A stretch of DNA of 64,000 nucleotides from Candidatus Limnocylindrales bacterium. GTDB lineage: Bacteria > Chloroflexota > Limnocylindria > Limnocylindrales > CSP1-4. Position numbers and translations under genes: made by a program. The stretch is from positions 7,728 through 71,727 of the forward strand of contig JBPPMZ010000088.1 of the NCBI GenBank assembly GCA_051306295.1, read 5' to 3'. Shown here in pieces: positions 43,165 to 50,429 of the stretch; the stretch's first letter is position 1; the number at the start of each line of letters is the position of its first letter. The notes beneath the pieces were generated by a model. The model searched no databases. It was not told the origin of the DNA and saw only the letters and a program-made list of their open reading frames with translations.

Positions 43165-43717
43165 CGTTGCCTCCCTCGTTCGCCGACGCGGATGCGGGCG
43201 GCACTGTGCTGGTCATCTCCACGATGAGTCCTGAGCCTGCGACGCCCGTCACCCGGGCGACGGTGCCGACCGGGATGTCGATGGTGGCCGTGGCGCTGAA
43301 CTCGTGGGTCTGGCCCTCCGCCTTGACCAGGACGGAGCCGTAGCGGCCGGCCGGGACCCCGACCTGGACGTACGCGTCGTGGCCGATGAGGTCGTGGGTC
43401 GAGAAGGGTTCCGGGGCTTCCGCGCGGCGCAGCGCACTGAAGATGCCGTACGCGATCCCCAGGCCGACGATGCCGAACCCACCGCCCCAGGCGGCCGCCT
43501 GACCACCGTGGACGTCCAGCACCTGGGTCGCGAACAGGCCGCCGACGCCGAACATCGAGACGAACGAGAGGAGCAGCGGCATCAACGACACGCCGCCCAC
43601 GTCGAGGTTGAAGAAGGCGCCAAGGATGTCGTCGACCAGGACCGTGATCAGGAGCAACCCGCCGCCGATCAGCAGGCAGACGACGAAGACGAAGTCCTCG
43701 ACCGGGATATCGATCAT
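43157..43717 (-). CDS. Short NfeD-family (YuaF/NfeD2-like) membrane protein
   Basis: Three or four TM segments, followed by the C-terminal OB-fold pattern GHDAYVQVGVPAGRYGSVLVKAEGQTHEFSA...GTVARV. It overlaps the flotillin start by 8 nt. Confidence 0.75.
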   Translation of the reverse strand: MIDIPVEDFVFVVCLLIGGGLLLITVLVDDILGAFFNLDVGGVSLMPLLLSFVSMFGVGGLFATQVLDVHGGQAAAWGGGFGIVGLGIAYGIFSALRRAEAPEPFSTHDLIGHDAYVQVGVPAGRYGSVLVKAEGQTHEFSATATIDIPVGTVARVTGVAGSGLIVEMTSTVPPASASANEGGNVA

Positions 43718-43801
43718 GCGGGTCGCCTGTCCCCTCCCCTGTCCGGCGCGGGCGCGTCGGGACGACAGGATACGCGAGCGGTGGGCCGGGGAACGAGTCT
43801 C

Positions 43802-44335
43802 CTAGTCGGACGGGCCGAAGAGAACGGTCAGCCAGCGCTCGAGCGGCGAGACCGGATCGATGTCCGCGCCGACGCGGACCGCGGCCGATCCCGGCGCATC
43901 GTCGGGCAGCACGGGAGCGTCCGGTGCCAGGGCGAACGGGATCTCGCGCTCCGAACCCAGACCGTAGCCGCGCGCCTGCTGGGCGATGTAGCGCGGGCGG
44001 GCGATGAGCTCGAGCTCGCGCTCCAGGGCGGCGACCTGGACCTGGCGCTGCACGTTCTCGACGGCGATGCGCTCGGCCTGCGTGGTGGCGGCGGAGGCCT
44101 CGCCGACCTGGCGAGCGAAGACGATGACGATCCAGATGGCGAGCAGGACGCCGATGACGGCCGCCATGTGCCGGCGGGTGATGCCCGCGATCGGCAGGGC
44201 CGCCAGATCCGGGGCGACCATGGCCGGCCTGCCGGGCAGCGACTCGTCCTCGGCGCGCCCGGCGCGCGCGTCGGTCGTGTCGTCGGGGGCGTCGAGGGTG
44301 GCGTCGACCGAGGGCGGACGGAGCCGTTGGAACAT
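43802..44335 (-). CDS. FtsB/DivIC-like septum-formation-initiator family protein (tentative)
   Basis: The start is at ATG 44335. A single TM segment (HMAAVIGVLLAIWIVIVFA) is followed by a short coiled coil (AERIAVENVQRQVQVAALERELELIARPRYIAQQAR.YG). Confidence 0.5.
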   Translation of the reverse strand: MFQRLRPPSVDATLDAPDDTTDARAGRAEDESLPGRPAMVAPDLAALPIAGITRRHMAAVIGVLLAIWIVIVFARQVGEASAATTQAERIAVENVQRQVQVAALERELELIARPRYIAQQARGYGLGSEREIPFALAPDAPVLPDDAPGSAAVRVGADIDPVSPLERWLTVLFGPSD

Positions 44336-44379
44336 CGCGGGGAGCGTAGCTACCCCTAGCTGCCGTGTCAACCGCGGCC

Positions 44380-44402
44380 GTGTGACAGCCAACCTGTCAC
44401 AC
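44380..44402. promoter_or_regulatory. Perfect 9-bp inverted repeat with a 5-nt spacer in the divergent ftsB-like/mrfA control region
   Basis: GTGTGACAG CCAAC CTGTCACAC. The cognate factor is unknown. Confidence 0.35.
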
Positions 44403-44437
44403 CCGCACCGGACCGTGGCGCTAGACTGCCATCCATT

Positions 44438-44453
44438 CCGAACATCCGTTCGG
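44438..44453 (+). promoter_or_regulatory. LexA (SOS) box of the Gram-positive/actinobacterial Cheo type
   Basis: CCGAAC ATCC GTTCGG is a perfect match to CGAAC-N4-GTTCG. It lies 11 nt downstream of a TAGACT -10-like hexamer (44422-44427). It ends 21 nt upstream of the mrfA ATG. Confidence 0.55.
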
Positions 44454-44474
44454 TCCTGCTTCCGGGGTCCGTCC

Positions 44475-46802
44475 ATGCGCACCTACGCCCCCGCCGATGC
44501 CGCCACGGTCCTGGCCCGCCTGCTGGAGGAGCCCTCGCTCGCCCGCGGAATCGTCCACCATGCCGTCATCCCGCCCCGCGAGGCGACCTTCGCCCCGATG
44601 CCGTCGTGGCTGGATCCGCGCATCGTGGCCGGCCTGGCCAGCCGCGGGATCCAGCAGCTGTACACCCACCAGGCGGAGGCCATCGGGGCGGTCCACGACG
44701 GCCAGGACGTCGTGGTCGTGACTCCGACCGCCTCGGGCAAGACGCTGTGCTACGCCCTGCCGGCGCTCCAGGCGATCGCCGAGGATCCGGCTGCCCGGGC
44801 CCTGTTCCTGTTCCCGACCAAGGCTCTGGGCCAGGACCAGGTGACCGAATTCGGCGAGCTGTCGGCGTCGGCCGGCCTGTCGATGATCACCTCGACCTAC
44901 GACGGCGACACCCCGGCGCCCATCCGCTCTGCCATCCGGGCGGCGGGGCAGGTCGTGGTGACCAACCCGGACATGCTCCACTCGGCGATCCTGCCCCACC
45001 ACACCAAGTGGTTCCAGCTGTTCGAACAGCTGAAGGTCATCGTCATCGATGAGCTGCACACCTACCGGGGCGTGTTCGGCGGTCACGTCGCGAACGTCCT
45101 GCGCCGCCTGCTCCGGATCTGCGCCCACTACGGCAGCCGGCCGGTCATCGTCTGCTGCTCGGCGACCATCGGGAATCCGGCGGAGCTGGCGGGCATCCTG
45201 ACCGGTCGCCCGATGCGCCTCGTGGACCGCAACGGGGCGCCGGCCGGCGAGCGTCACGTCCTGCTGGTCGATCCGCCCGTCGCCGAACCCGCCAACGGCG
45301 CGCGTGCCTCGGCGGAGACGCTGGCCCAGCGCTGGGCCCTGCCGTTCCTGCGGGCGGGTCGCCAGACCATCGTCTTCGGCCGTTCGCGCGTCGCCGTGGA
45401 GATCCTGCTCACCGGCCTGCGCGAGTCGATGCGCGAAAGCTACGGCCCGCGCTCACGGGTCCGCGGCTACCGGGGCGGCTACCTGCCGACAGAACGGCGC
45501 TCGATCGAACGCGGCCTGCGCGACGGGGAGATCCTGGGGGTCGTCGCGACCAACGCGCTGGAACTCGGCGTGGATATCGGACGGCTGGACGCCTCCATCC
45601 TGGCCGGCTATCCCGGGTCGGTGGCCGCCACCTGGCAGCAGTTCGGCCGGGCCGGCCGGCGCCAGGGCACGAGCGTGTCCATCCTGGTCGCGTCGGGGCG
45701 GCCGGTGGACCAGTACGTCATCCACCACCCAGAATTCCTGCTCGATGGGACGCCCGAAGAGGCGCGCCTGGATCCCGACAACCTGCACGTCCTGCTGGCC
45801 CACCTTCGGGCCGCGACCTTCGAGTTGCCGTTCGAGCCCGGCGAGGTCTTCGGGCCGGGGCCGGCGGACGACCTGCTCGCGTTCCTGGCCGAAGAGCGCC
45901 ACGTCCGTCAGGCCGACGACGGTCGCTGGTACTGGTCCAGTGAGAACTTCCCGGCCTCGGAGATCTCCTTGCGGACCGCGGCCCCGGAGAACGTGGTGAT
46001 CATCGACACGACGCCGGATAGGCCGCGCGTCCTCGGCGAGGTGGACCTGTTCAGCGCCCAGGTCCTGGTCCACGAGCGGGCGATCTACCTGCACGAATCC
46101 GTCCAGTACTACGTGGACCGCCTGGAGTGGCACGAGCGCAAGGCGTACGTCCATCGCGTTGACGTCGACCACTACACGTATGCCAACCGGGCGGTCACGC
46201 TCAAGCCGCTGGAGGTCTTCGCGGAGGCCCCTGCGACCGGCGGACGACGCCTGCATGGCGAGGTGATGGTCGCGAGCCTGGTGACCCTGTTCAAGAAACT
46301 CAAGTTCGTGACCGACGAGAACGTCGGCTGGGGGCCGATCGACCTGCCCGAGCTGGAACTCCAGACGACGGCCTACTGGTTGACGGCGGAGAGCGCACGC
46401 GACCACTGGCGACGCGACGAGCTGGACGTGGCCCTGCTGGGGGCTGGCCGGGCGATCCAGACCATCGCCTCGGTCCTGCTGATGGGCGACCCGCGCGACC
46501 TCGGCCTCGTCACGCAGGTCCGCTCTCCCCATGCGGAGGAGCCGACGATCTACCTGTATGAGTCGGTCCCAGGCGGGATCGGCCTGGCCGAGCGCCTGTG
46601 GCAGCGCCACGAGGAGTTGATCACCGGCGCCGCGGAACTCGTCGCCGGGTGCGGCTGCGATGGGGGCTGTCCGTCGTGCACGGGACCGCGTCTGGAACCG
46701 GGCATCGACGCCAGGGCGCTCGCCCTCCGTCTGTTACGCGAGCTCGGCGCGGGTGCTGCCGAGAACGGCCGGGTCGCGGCAACGCGCGGTGCGGTGGCGT
46801 GA
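44475..46802 (+). CDS. mrfA: DEAD/DEAH-box helicase with a C-terminal DUF1998/MZB zinc-binding domain (YprA/MrfA family)
   Basis: The start is at ATG 44475. Q-motif/Walker A reads VVVTPTASGKTLCY. LFPTKALGQDQ, the DEAH-type box VIDELH and motif VI follow. The C-terminal Cys cluster is GCGCDGGCPSCTG. Confidence 0.85.
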   Translation: MRTYAPADAATVLARLLEEPSLARGIVHHAVIPPREATFAPMPSWLDPRIVAGLASRGIQQLYTHQAEAIGAVHDGQDVVVVTPTASGKTLCYALPALQAIAEDPAARALFLFPTKALGQDQVTEFGELSASAGLSMITSTYDGDTPAPIRSAIRAAGQVVVTNPDMLHSAILPHHTKWFQLFEQLKVIVIDELHTYRGVFGGHVANVLRRLLRICAHYGSRPVIVCCSATIGNPAELAGILTGRPMRLVDRNGAPAGERHVLLVDPPVAEPANGARASAETLAQRWALPFLRAGRQTIVFGRSRVAVEILLTGLRESMRESYGPRSRVRGYRGGYLPTERRSIERGLRDGEILGVVATNALELGVDIGRLDASILAGYPGSVAATWQQFGRAGRRQGTSVSILVASGRPVDQYVIHHPEFLLDGTPEEARLDPDNLHVLLAHLRAATFELPFEPGEVFGPGPADDLLAFLAEERHVRQADDGRWYWSSENFPASEISLRTAAPENVVIIDTTPDRPRVLGEVDLFSAQVLVHERAIYLHESVQYYVDRLEWHERKAYVHRVDVDHYTYANRAVTLKPLEVFAEAPATGGRRLHGEVMVASLVTLFKKLKFVTDENVGWGPIDLPELELQTTAYWLTAESARDHWRRDELDVALLGAGRAIQTIASVLLMGDPRDLGLVTQVRSPHAEEPTIYLYESVPGGIGLAERLWQRHEELITGAAELVAGCGCDGGCPSCTGPRLEPGIDARALALRLLRELGAGAAENGRVAATRGAVA

Positions 46803-48409
46803 CGGTCTCCTCGCCGCTCGCGACGGATCTGGCCCGCCGGCTGGAGCGGTTCCGAGCCGCCCGGATCGATCCGGGCGCCGCTGGCGATCCCCTGCCCCAT
46901 CGCCGGATCGGCGCGGCCGAACTGGCTGAGCGCCTCGCGACGACGCTGGGCGGTGAGGTCGTGGCCACGCCCACGGGGCGCTTCGTCCGGGTCGAGGGCC
47001 GAAGCACGGACCTGCCAGTCGATCGCGACCGCCTGGCAAGCCTACCGGGACAGCCACCACCGGGCCGACCGCTGGTCTGCCTGGATACCGAAACGACCGG
47101 CCTCGCGACCGCGGCCGGAACGGTGGCGTTCCTCGTCGGCCTGGGCTGGTGGGAGGGTACGGCATTCCGCCAGGTCCAGCTCCTGCTCCCCGACCACGGC
47201 GAGGAGGGCGCGCTCCTGGACGAGGTCGCCCGGCACATCCCGGCCGATGCCTGGCTCGTGACCTACAACGGCCGCGGGTTCGACTGGCCGCTGCTCGTCA
47301 CGCGCTATCGACTGGCACGGCGAGCGGCCCCCATCCACGACGGCCACCTGGACCTGCTGCCGATGGTCCGCCGCTTCTTCCGCCACCGGATGGACGACGC
47401 CCGGCTGCAGACCGCGGAGCGGATCCTGCTCGGCGTCATCCGCCACGACGACGTCGATGGCTGGCAGATCCCGGAACGCTATCTTGGCTTCCTGCGCGGC
47501 GGACCGGCGCAGCCACTCCTGGCCGTCGTCCGCCACAACGATGAGGACGTTCGCTCGCTGGCTCGACTGGTCGTCCTGCTCGACGAGGGATACGCCTCGG
47601 TGGACGGGCGGCGAACGGCACCGGCCGGCGACCTGGCCGGACTGGCACGGGCGTTCGCGCGTGCTCGACGGCCCGAGGAGGCGCTGTCGTGTCTGGACGA
47701 GGTCCTGGCCCGCAGCACCGATCGGGCGGCATCCCCCCGGCCACCGGCGGCCCGGCCCATCATCGGACCGAAGGCCGTCGTTGGCAGCGACGAGGACGAC
47801 GGCGAGGTCCCCTGGTGGTCCCCATCGGCCAGGCCGGACTTCGGCGGGCGGCCGCGCGTCAGCGCCCAGCGCGTGGTGGTCGGCTGGGACCGCCGGCTGG
47901 CGGCCGCGGCACCGTGGGACCGGACGCGGATCGCCTCCGATCGGGCCCACCTGCTCCGGCGCCTGGGCCGCACCACCGACGCCATCGAGGCCTGGCAGGG
48001 CCTGGCCAGTGGACCGGGCCGCACGGCCATCGTGGCCACCATCGAGGTCGCCAAGCTCCAGGAGCATCGGCTGGGCCGCCCGGATCTCGCTCTGCGAACC
48101 GCAGCACACGGCCGGGGTCTGCTCGGCCGACGACGGGCCCTCGGGATGCCCGAGCCTACGCTCGAGGCCGACCTGACCCGGCGGGTGGCCCGGCTCCGTC
48201 GCCGCGCGGCCGGCCCGGCGGCGCCCGACCCGGCGTCTGTCAGCCGAGCGGCGGCCCCATCGGCAACCGACCCGACGACCGTCAGCCGGGCGGCGGCCCC
48301 ATCGGCAACCGCGGATCCGGCGCTTCACCGGCCCAGCGGGAGCGGACCGCATCCAGGTCCGGGTCGAACGAGCAGGCCATCGTCCGGCGGTCGCCGGCCA
48401 GGGCGTTGA
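46799..48409 (+). CDS. mrfB: YprB/MrfB-like RNase-H-fold (DEDD) exonuclease with a helical-repeat C-terminal half and a low-complexity tail
   Basis: The GTG start at 46799 overlaps the mrfA stop (GTGA). ExoI-like LVCLDTETTGL, then ...LVTYNGRGFDWPLL... and ...RHNDEDVRSLARL. The last ~45 codons overlap the convergent iolB gene. Confidence 0.75.
   Translation: MTVSSPLATDLARRLERFRAARIDPGAAGDPLPHRRIGAAELAERLATTLGGEVVATPTGRFVRVEGRSTDLPVDRDRLASLPGQPPPGRPLVCLDTETTGLATAAGTVAFLVGLGWWEGTAFRQVQLLLPDHGEEGALLDEVARHIPADAWLVTYNGRGFDWPLLVTRYRLARRAAPIHDGHLDLLPMVRRFFRHRMDDARLQTAERILLGVIRHDDVDGWQIPERYLGFLRGGPAQPLLAVVRHNDEDVRSLARLVVLLDEGYASVDGRRTAPAGDLAGLARAFARARRPEEALSCLDEVLARSTDRAASPRPPAARPIIGPKAVVGSDEDDGEVPWWSPSARPDFGGRPRVSAQRVVVGWDRRLAAAAPWDRTRIASDRAHLLRRLGRTTDAIEAWQGLASGPGRTAIVATIEVAKLQEHRLGRPDLALRTAAHGRGLLGRRRALGMPEPTLEADLTRRVARLRRRAAGPAAPDPASVSRAAAPSATDPTTVSRAAAPSATADPALHRPSGSGPHPGPGRTSRPSSGGRRPGR
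48239..48310. repeat. Tandem duplication: 42-bp period, with a 30-bp core that differs at 1 position
   Basis: GTCAGCCGAGCGGCGGCCCCATCGGCAACC at 48239-48268 and GTCAGCCGGGCGGCGGCCCCATCGGCAACC at 48281-48310. On the - strand each copy encodes RLPMGPP(P/L)G followed by TGA. This means the iolB 3' end, including its stop codon, is duplicated. Confidence 0.85.
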
Positions 48410-49220
48410 GGTAGTAGGCGTCGTCGGCGTCGGTCGCAGCAAACGGGTGGTATCCATCTGTGACCAACACGACCTCGCCGTCGCGGACCGCGAAGACCGC
48501 GTCGCGGGGCGCTCCCACAGCCCCCCCTGGGGGCCGGTAGACGCGTTGGATGGCCCACGCCTCCGGCCGGCGGAAACGATAGTGGTAGACCTCTTCGAGC
48601 ACCGCCTCGTCGGGCATGTCGTCGCGGTCGTGCTTGTGGGGCGGCCAGCTGGACCAATTGCCGGCCGGGGTCACGACCTCGACCAGGAGCAGGCGCTCGG
48701 CCGGAAAGTCGGGCGGGACGATGTGGTGGATCTGCCGGGTCGATCGCCCGGCTCCGCGGATCTCGGTCCGGATCTCGTCCGGTCGGATCGACCTCGGGAT
48801 CAGCCCACTCGGTCCCTCCAGCCGTGACGGCGCCTCGGCGATGGCGACCGTGGCGACCCCGGCCGGCGCACCGGTGGTGGTAACGGTGGCGGACGACCCG
48901 ACCGGAAGGTAGACCGCCGAGGGCCGGCCATCGAAGGCGGTCGGCCGGCCGGCCAGGACGGTGCGCCCCATGGGTGCCGGACCGCGGTCCATGACCAGCA
49001 GGTCGGTGCCGAACAGGAGGACCAGAGCGGTCTCGTGGCCAGGCCTCCCGATCGCGATCGACCGCCCGGCCGCGATGGTCCCGGTCCGGAACGATAGATA
49101 GCGCCAGCCGGCCGCGAGTGGATCGACCGCCACGGACCCCTGGCGGTCGGGGGCTCGGCGGAGCCGCTCGACGGGCAGCTCGTTCGGCAGGGCCGAGGGA
49201 TGGACGACGGCCTGGTTCAC
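48282..49220 (-). CDS. iolB: 5-deoxy-glucuronate isomerase (IolB, KduI/IolB cupin family)
   Basis: ...TPAGNWSSWPPHKHD... and ...EEVYHYRF...DGYHP match IolB. The GTG start overlaps the upstream stop (GTGA at 49217-49220). Confidence 0.8.
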   Translation of the reverse strand: MNQAVVHPSALPNELPVERLRRAPDRQGSVAVDPLAAGWRYLSFRTGTIAAGRSIAIGRPGHETALVLLFGTDLLVMDRGPAPMGRTVLAGRPTAFDGRPSAVYLPVGSSATVTTTGAPAGVATVAIAEAPSRLEGPSGLIPRSIRPDEIRTEIRGAGRSTRQIHHIVPPDFPAERLLLVEVVTPAGNWSSWPPHKHDRDDMPDEAVLEEVYHYRFRRPEAWAIQRVYRPPGGAVGAPRDAVFAVRDGEVVLVTDGYHPFAATDADDAYYLNALAGDRRTMACSFDPDLDAVRSRWAGEAPDPRLPMGPPPG

Positions 49221-50335
49221 GATCCGGTCCGGCGGTCCGGGTCGGGGAGCATCGCATCCGTTACCTGGTGGAGCAGGTCGTGGTGGGAGCCGATGAAGGC
49301 TCGCAGGGTCCGGACGGTCGGCCCGAACGTGTCGAATTCAGCGACCGTCAGGCCGTCCGGTTCGAGGGCCCGCTCCATGTCCGGGAAGTTGTCCAGCAGC
49401 ATCTGGACCAGCGCCGGCGGGACCGGGTCGTCCATCCGCGGCCGGACCTCGATGGCGGAAGCGTTGAAGCGTCTCTGCCAGCTGGCCGGCATGGTGATCA
49501 CGACGTCGCCGCCGATGAGCTCCGACCAATGGAGCTGGTGGCGGATCGCGGCGCCCAGGGGCCGGGCCCGCAGGCCTCGGGCCCGGAACTCGGCGACCGT
49601 GCGCTTGAAGACCGCGACGCCCGACCAGGCCAACGCGGCCGGATCCACGACGATCCCGTCACGCTCGGCCTGGACCCGGAGCCAGTCCTCGAGCCGGCCC
49701 ATCATGACCGTGATGACCGCGCCCATCGCCTCGACCGACAGGCCGGCAGCCTCGCGCCGACGCAGACCACGCTCGACCGCCTCCCCGGCAGCGACCGCCT
49801 GGGCCACGCTGAACGAGACGGTGGCGTTGACGTTCACCCCGTGGAAGGTGGCCTCCTCCATGACCCGGATGCCGACCGATGTCGCCGGGAATTTGACGAT
49901 GATGTTCGGCGCCAGGCCGTCGAATCGCCGGCCCTGGTCCAGCATCCGGTCGAACGAGCGGAACGCGGTCGGGTCGGTCTGCATCGAAAGCCGCCCCTGG
50001 CGGCCGCCCGACCGCTCGAACTCGGGTAGCAGCAGCGGAGCCGCCCGCAGCGACATCTCCTCGACGACCGCCCAGGCGAGCGCGGTCTCGTTCGCCTCCG
50101 GATGCCTGTGCGCGAGGGCCTGGATCCGGGCCCGCCAATGGGTCGGGTCCGCATTCCAGAGGTCGGCCACGATGGTCGGGTTGGCGGTGGCGCCGACCGC
50201 GCCGAAGCTGATCGCGTAGGCGAGCTCGTCGAGCGCACAGGAATCGTTCCAGATGTCGGTGGGGGTCTGGGCGATCGTCCGACCGAGCGGGCTGTCGGCC
50301 AGCGGCGGGCGGACGCCCTGGGTGGTCGTGTCCAT
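49217..50335 (-). CDS. Transaldolase-family (class I aldolase fold) protein
   Basis: IWNDSCALDEL...GATANPTIV...RLSMQTDP...NIIVKFPATSVG contains the Schiff-base lysine context of transaldolases. The RBS GAGGAGGG precedes the ATG at 50335. Confidence 0.85.
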   Translation of the reverse strand: MDTTTQGVRPPLADSPLGRTIAQTPTDIWNDSCALDELAYAISFGAVGATANPTIVADLWNADPTHWRARIQALAHRHPEANETALAWAVVEEMSLRAAPLLLPEFERSGGRQGRLSMQTDPTAFRSFDRMLDQGRRFDGLAPNIIVKFPATSVGIRVMEEATFHGVNVNATVSFSVAQAVAAGEAVERGLRRREAAGLSVEAMGAVITVMMGRLEDWLRVQAERDGIVVDPAALAWSGVAVFKRTVAEFRARGLRARPLGAAIRHQLHWSELIGGDVVITMPASWQRRFNASAIEVRPRMDDPVPPALVQMLLDNFPDMERALEPDGLTVAEFDTFGPTVRTLRAFIGSHHDLLHQVTDAMLPDPDRRTGS

Positions 50336-50356
50336 GACCCTCCTCGAGGTCCAACG

Positions 50357-50384
50357 TTGACACCGGATGGTCTCATGCTATCGT
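50357..50384 (+). promoter_or_regulatory. Near-consensus promoter for the iolD-iolE-iolG operon
   Basis: TTGACA (50357-50362), a 16-nt spacer, then TATCGT (50379-50384). It is followed by the operator palindrome and the AAGGAGGGG RBS at 50422-50430. Confidence 0.5.
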
Positions 50385-50398
50385 GTCGTTTCGTTAGG

Positions 50399-50410
50399 GT
50401 AATCGATTAC
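50399..50410. promoter_or_regulatory. LacI-family-type operator palindrome
   Basis: GTAATCGATTAC is a perfect 12-bp palindrome with a central CG and the AAnCGnTT core typical of LacI/GalR operators. It lies 15 nt downstream of the -10 box in the 94-nt divergent tal-iolB / iolDEG intergenic region. Confidence 0.5.
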
Positions 50411-50429
50411 GCTACGAACGCAAGGAGGG

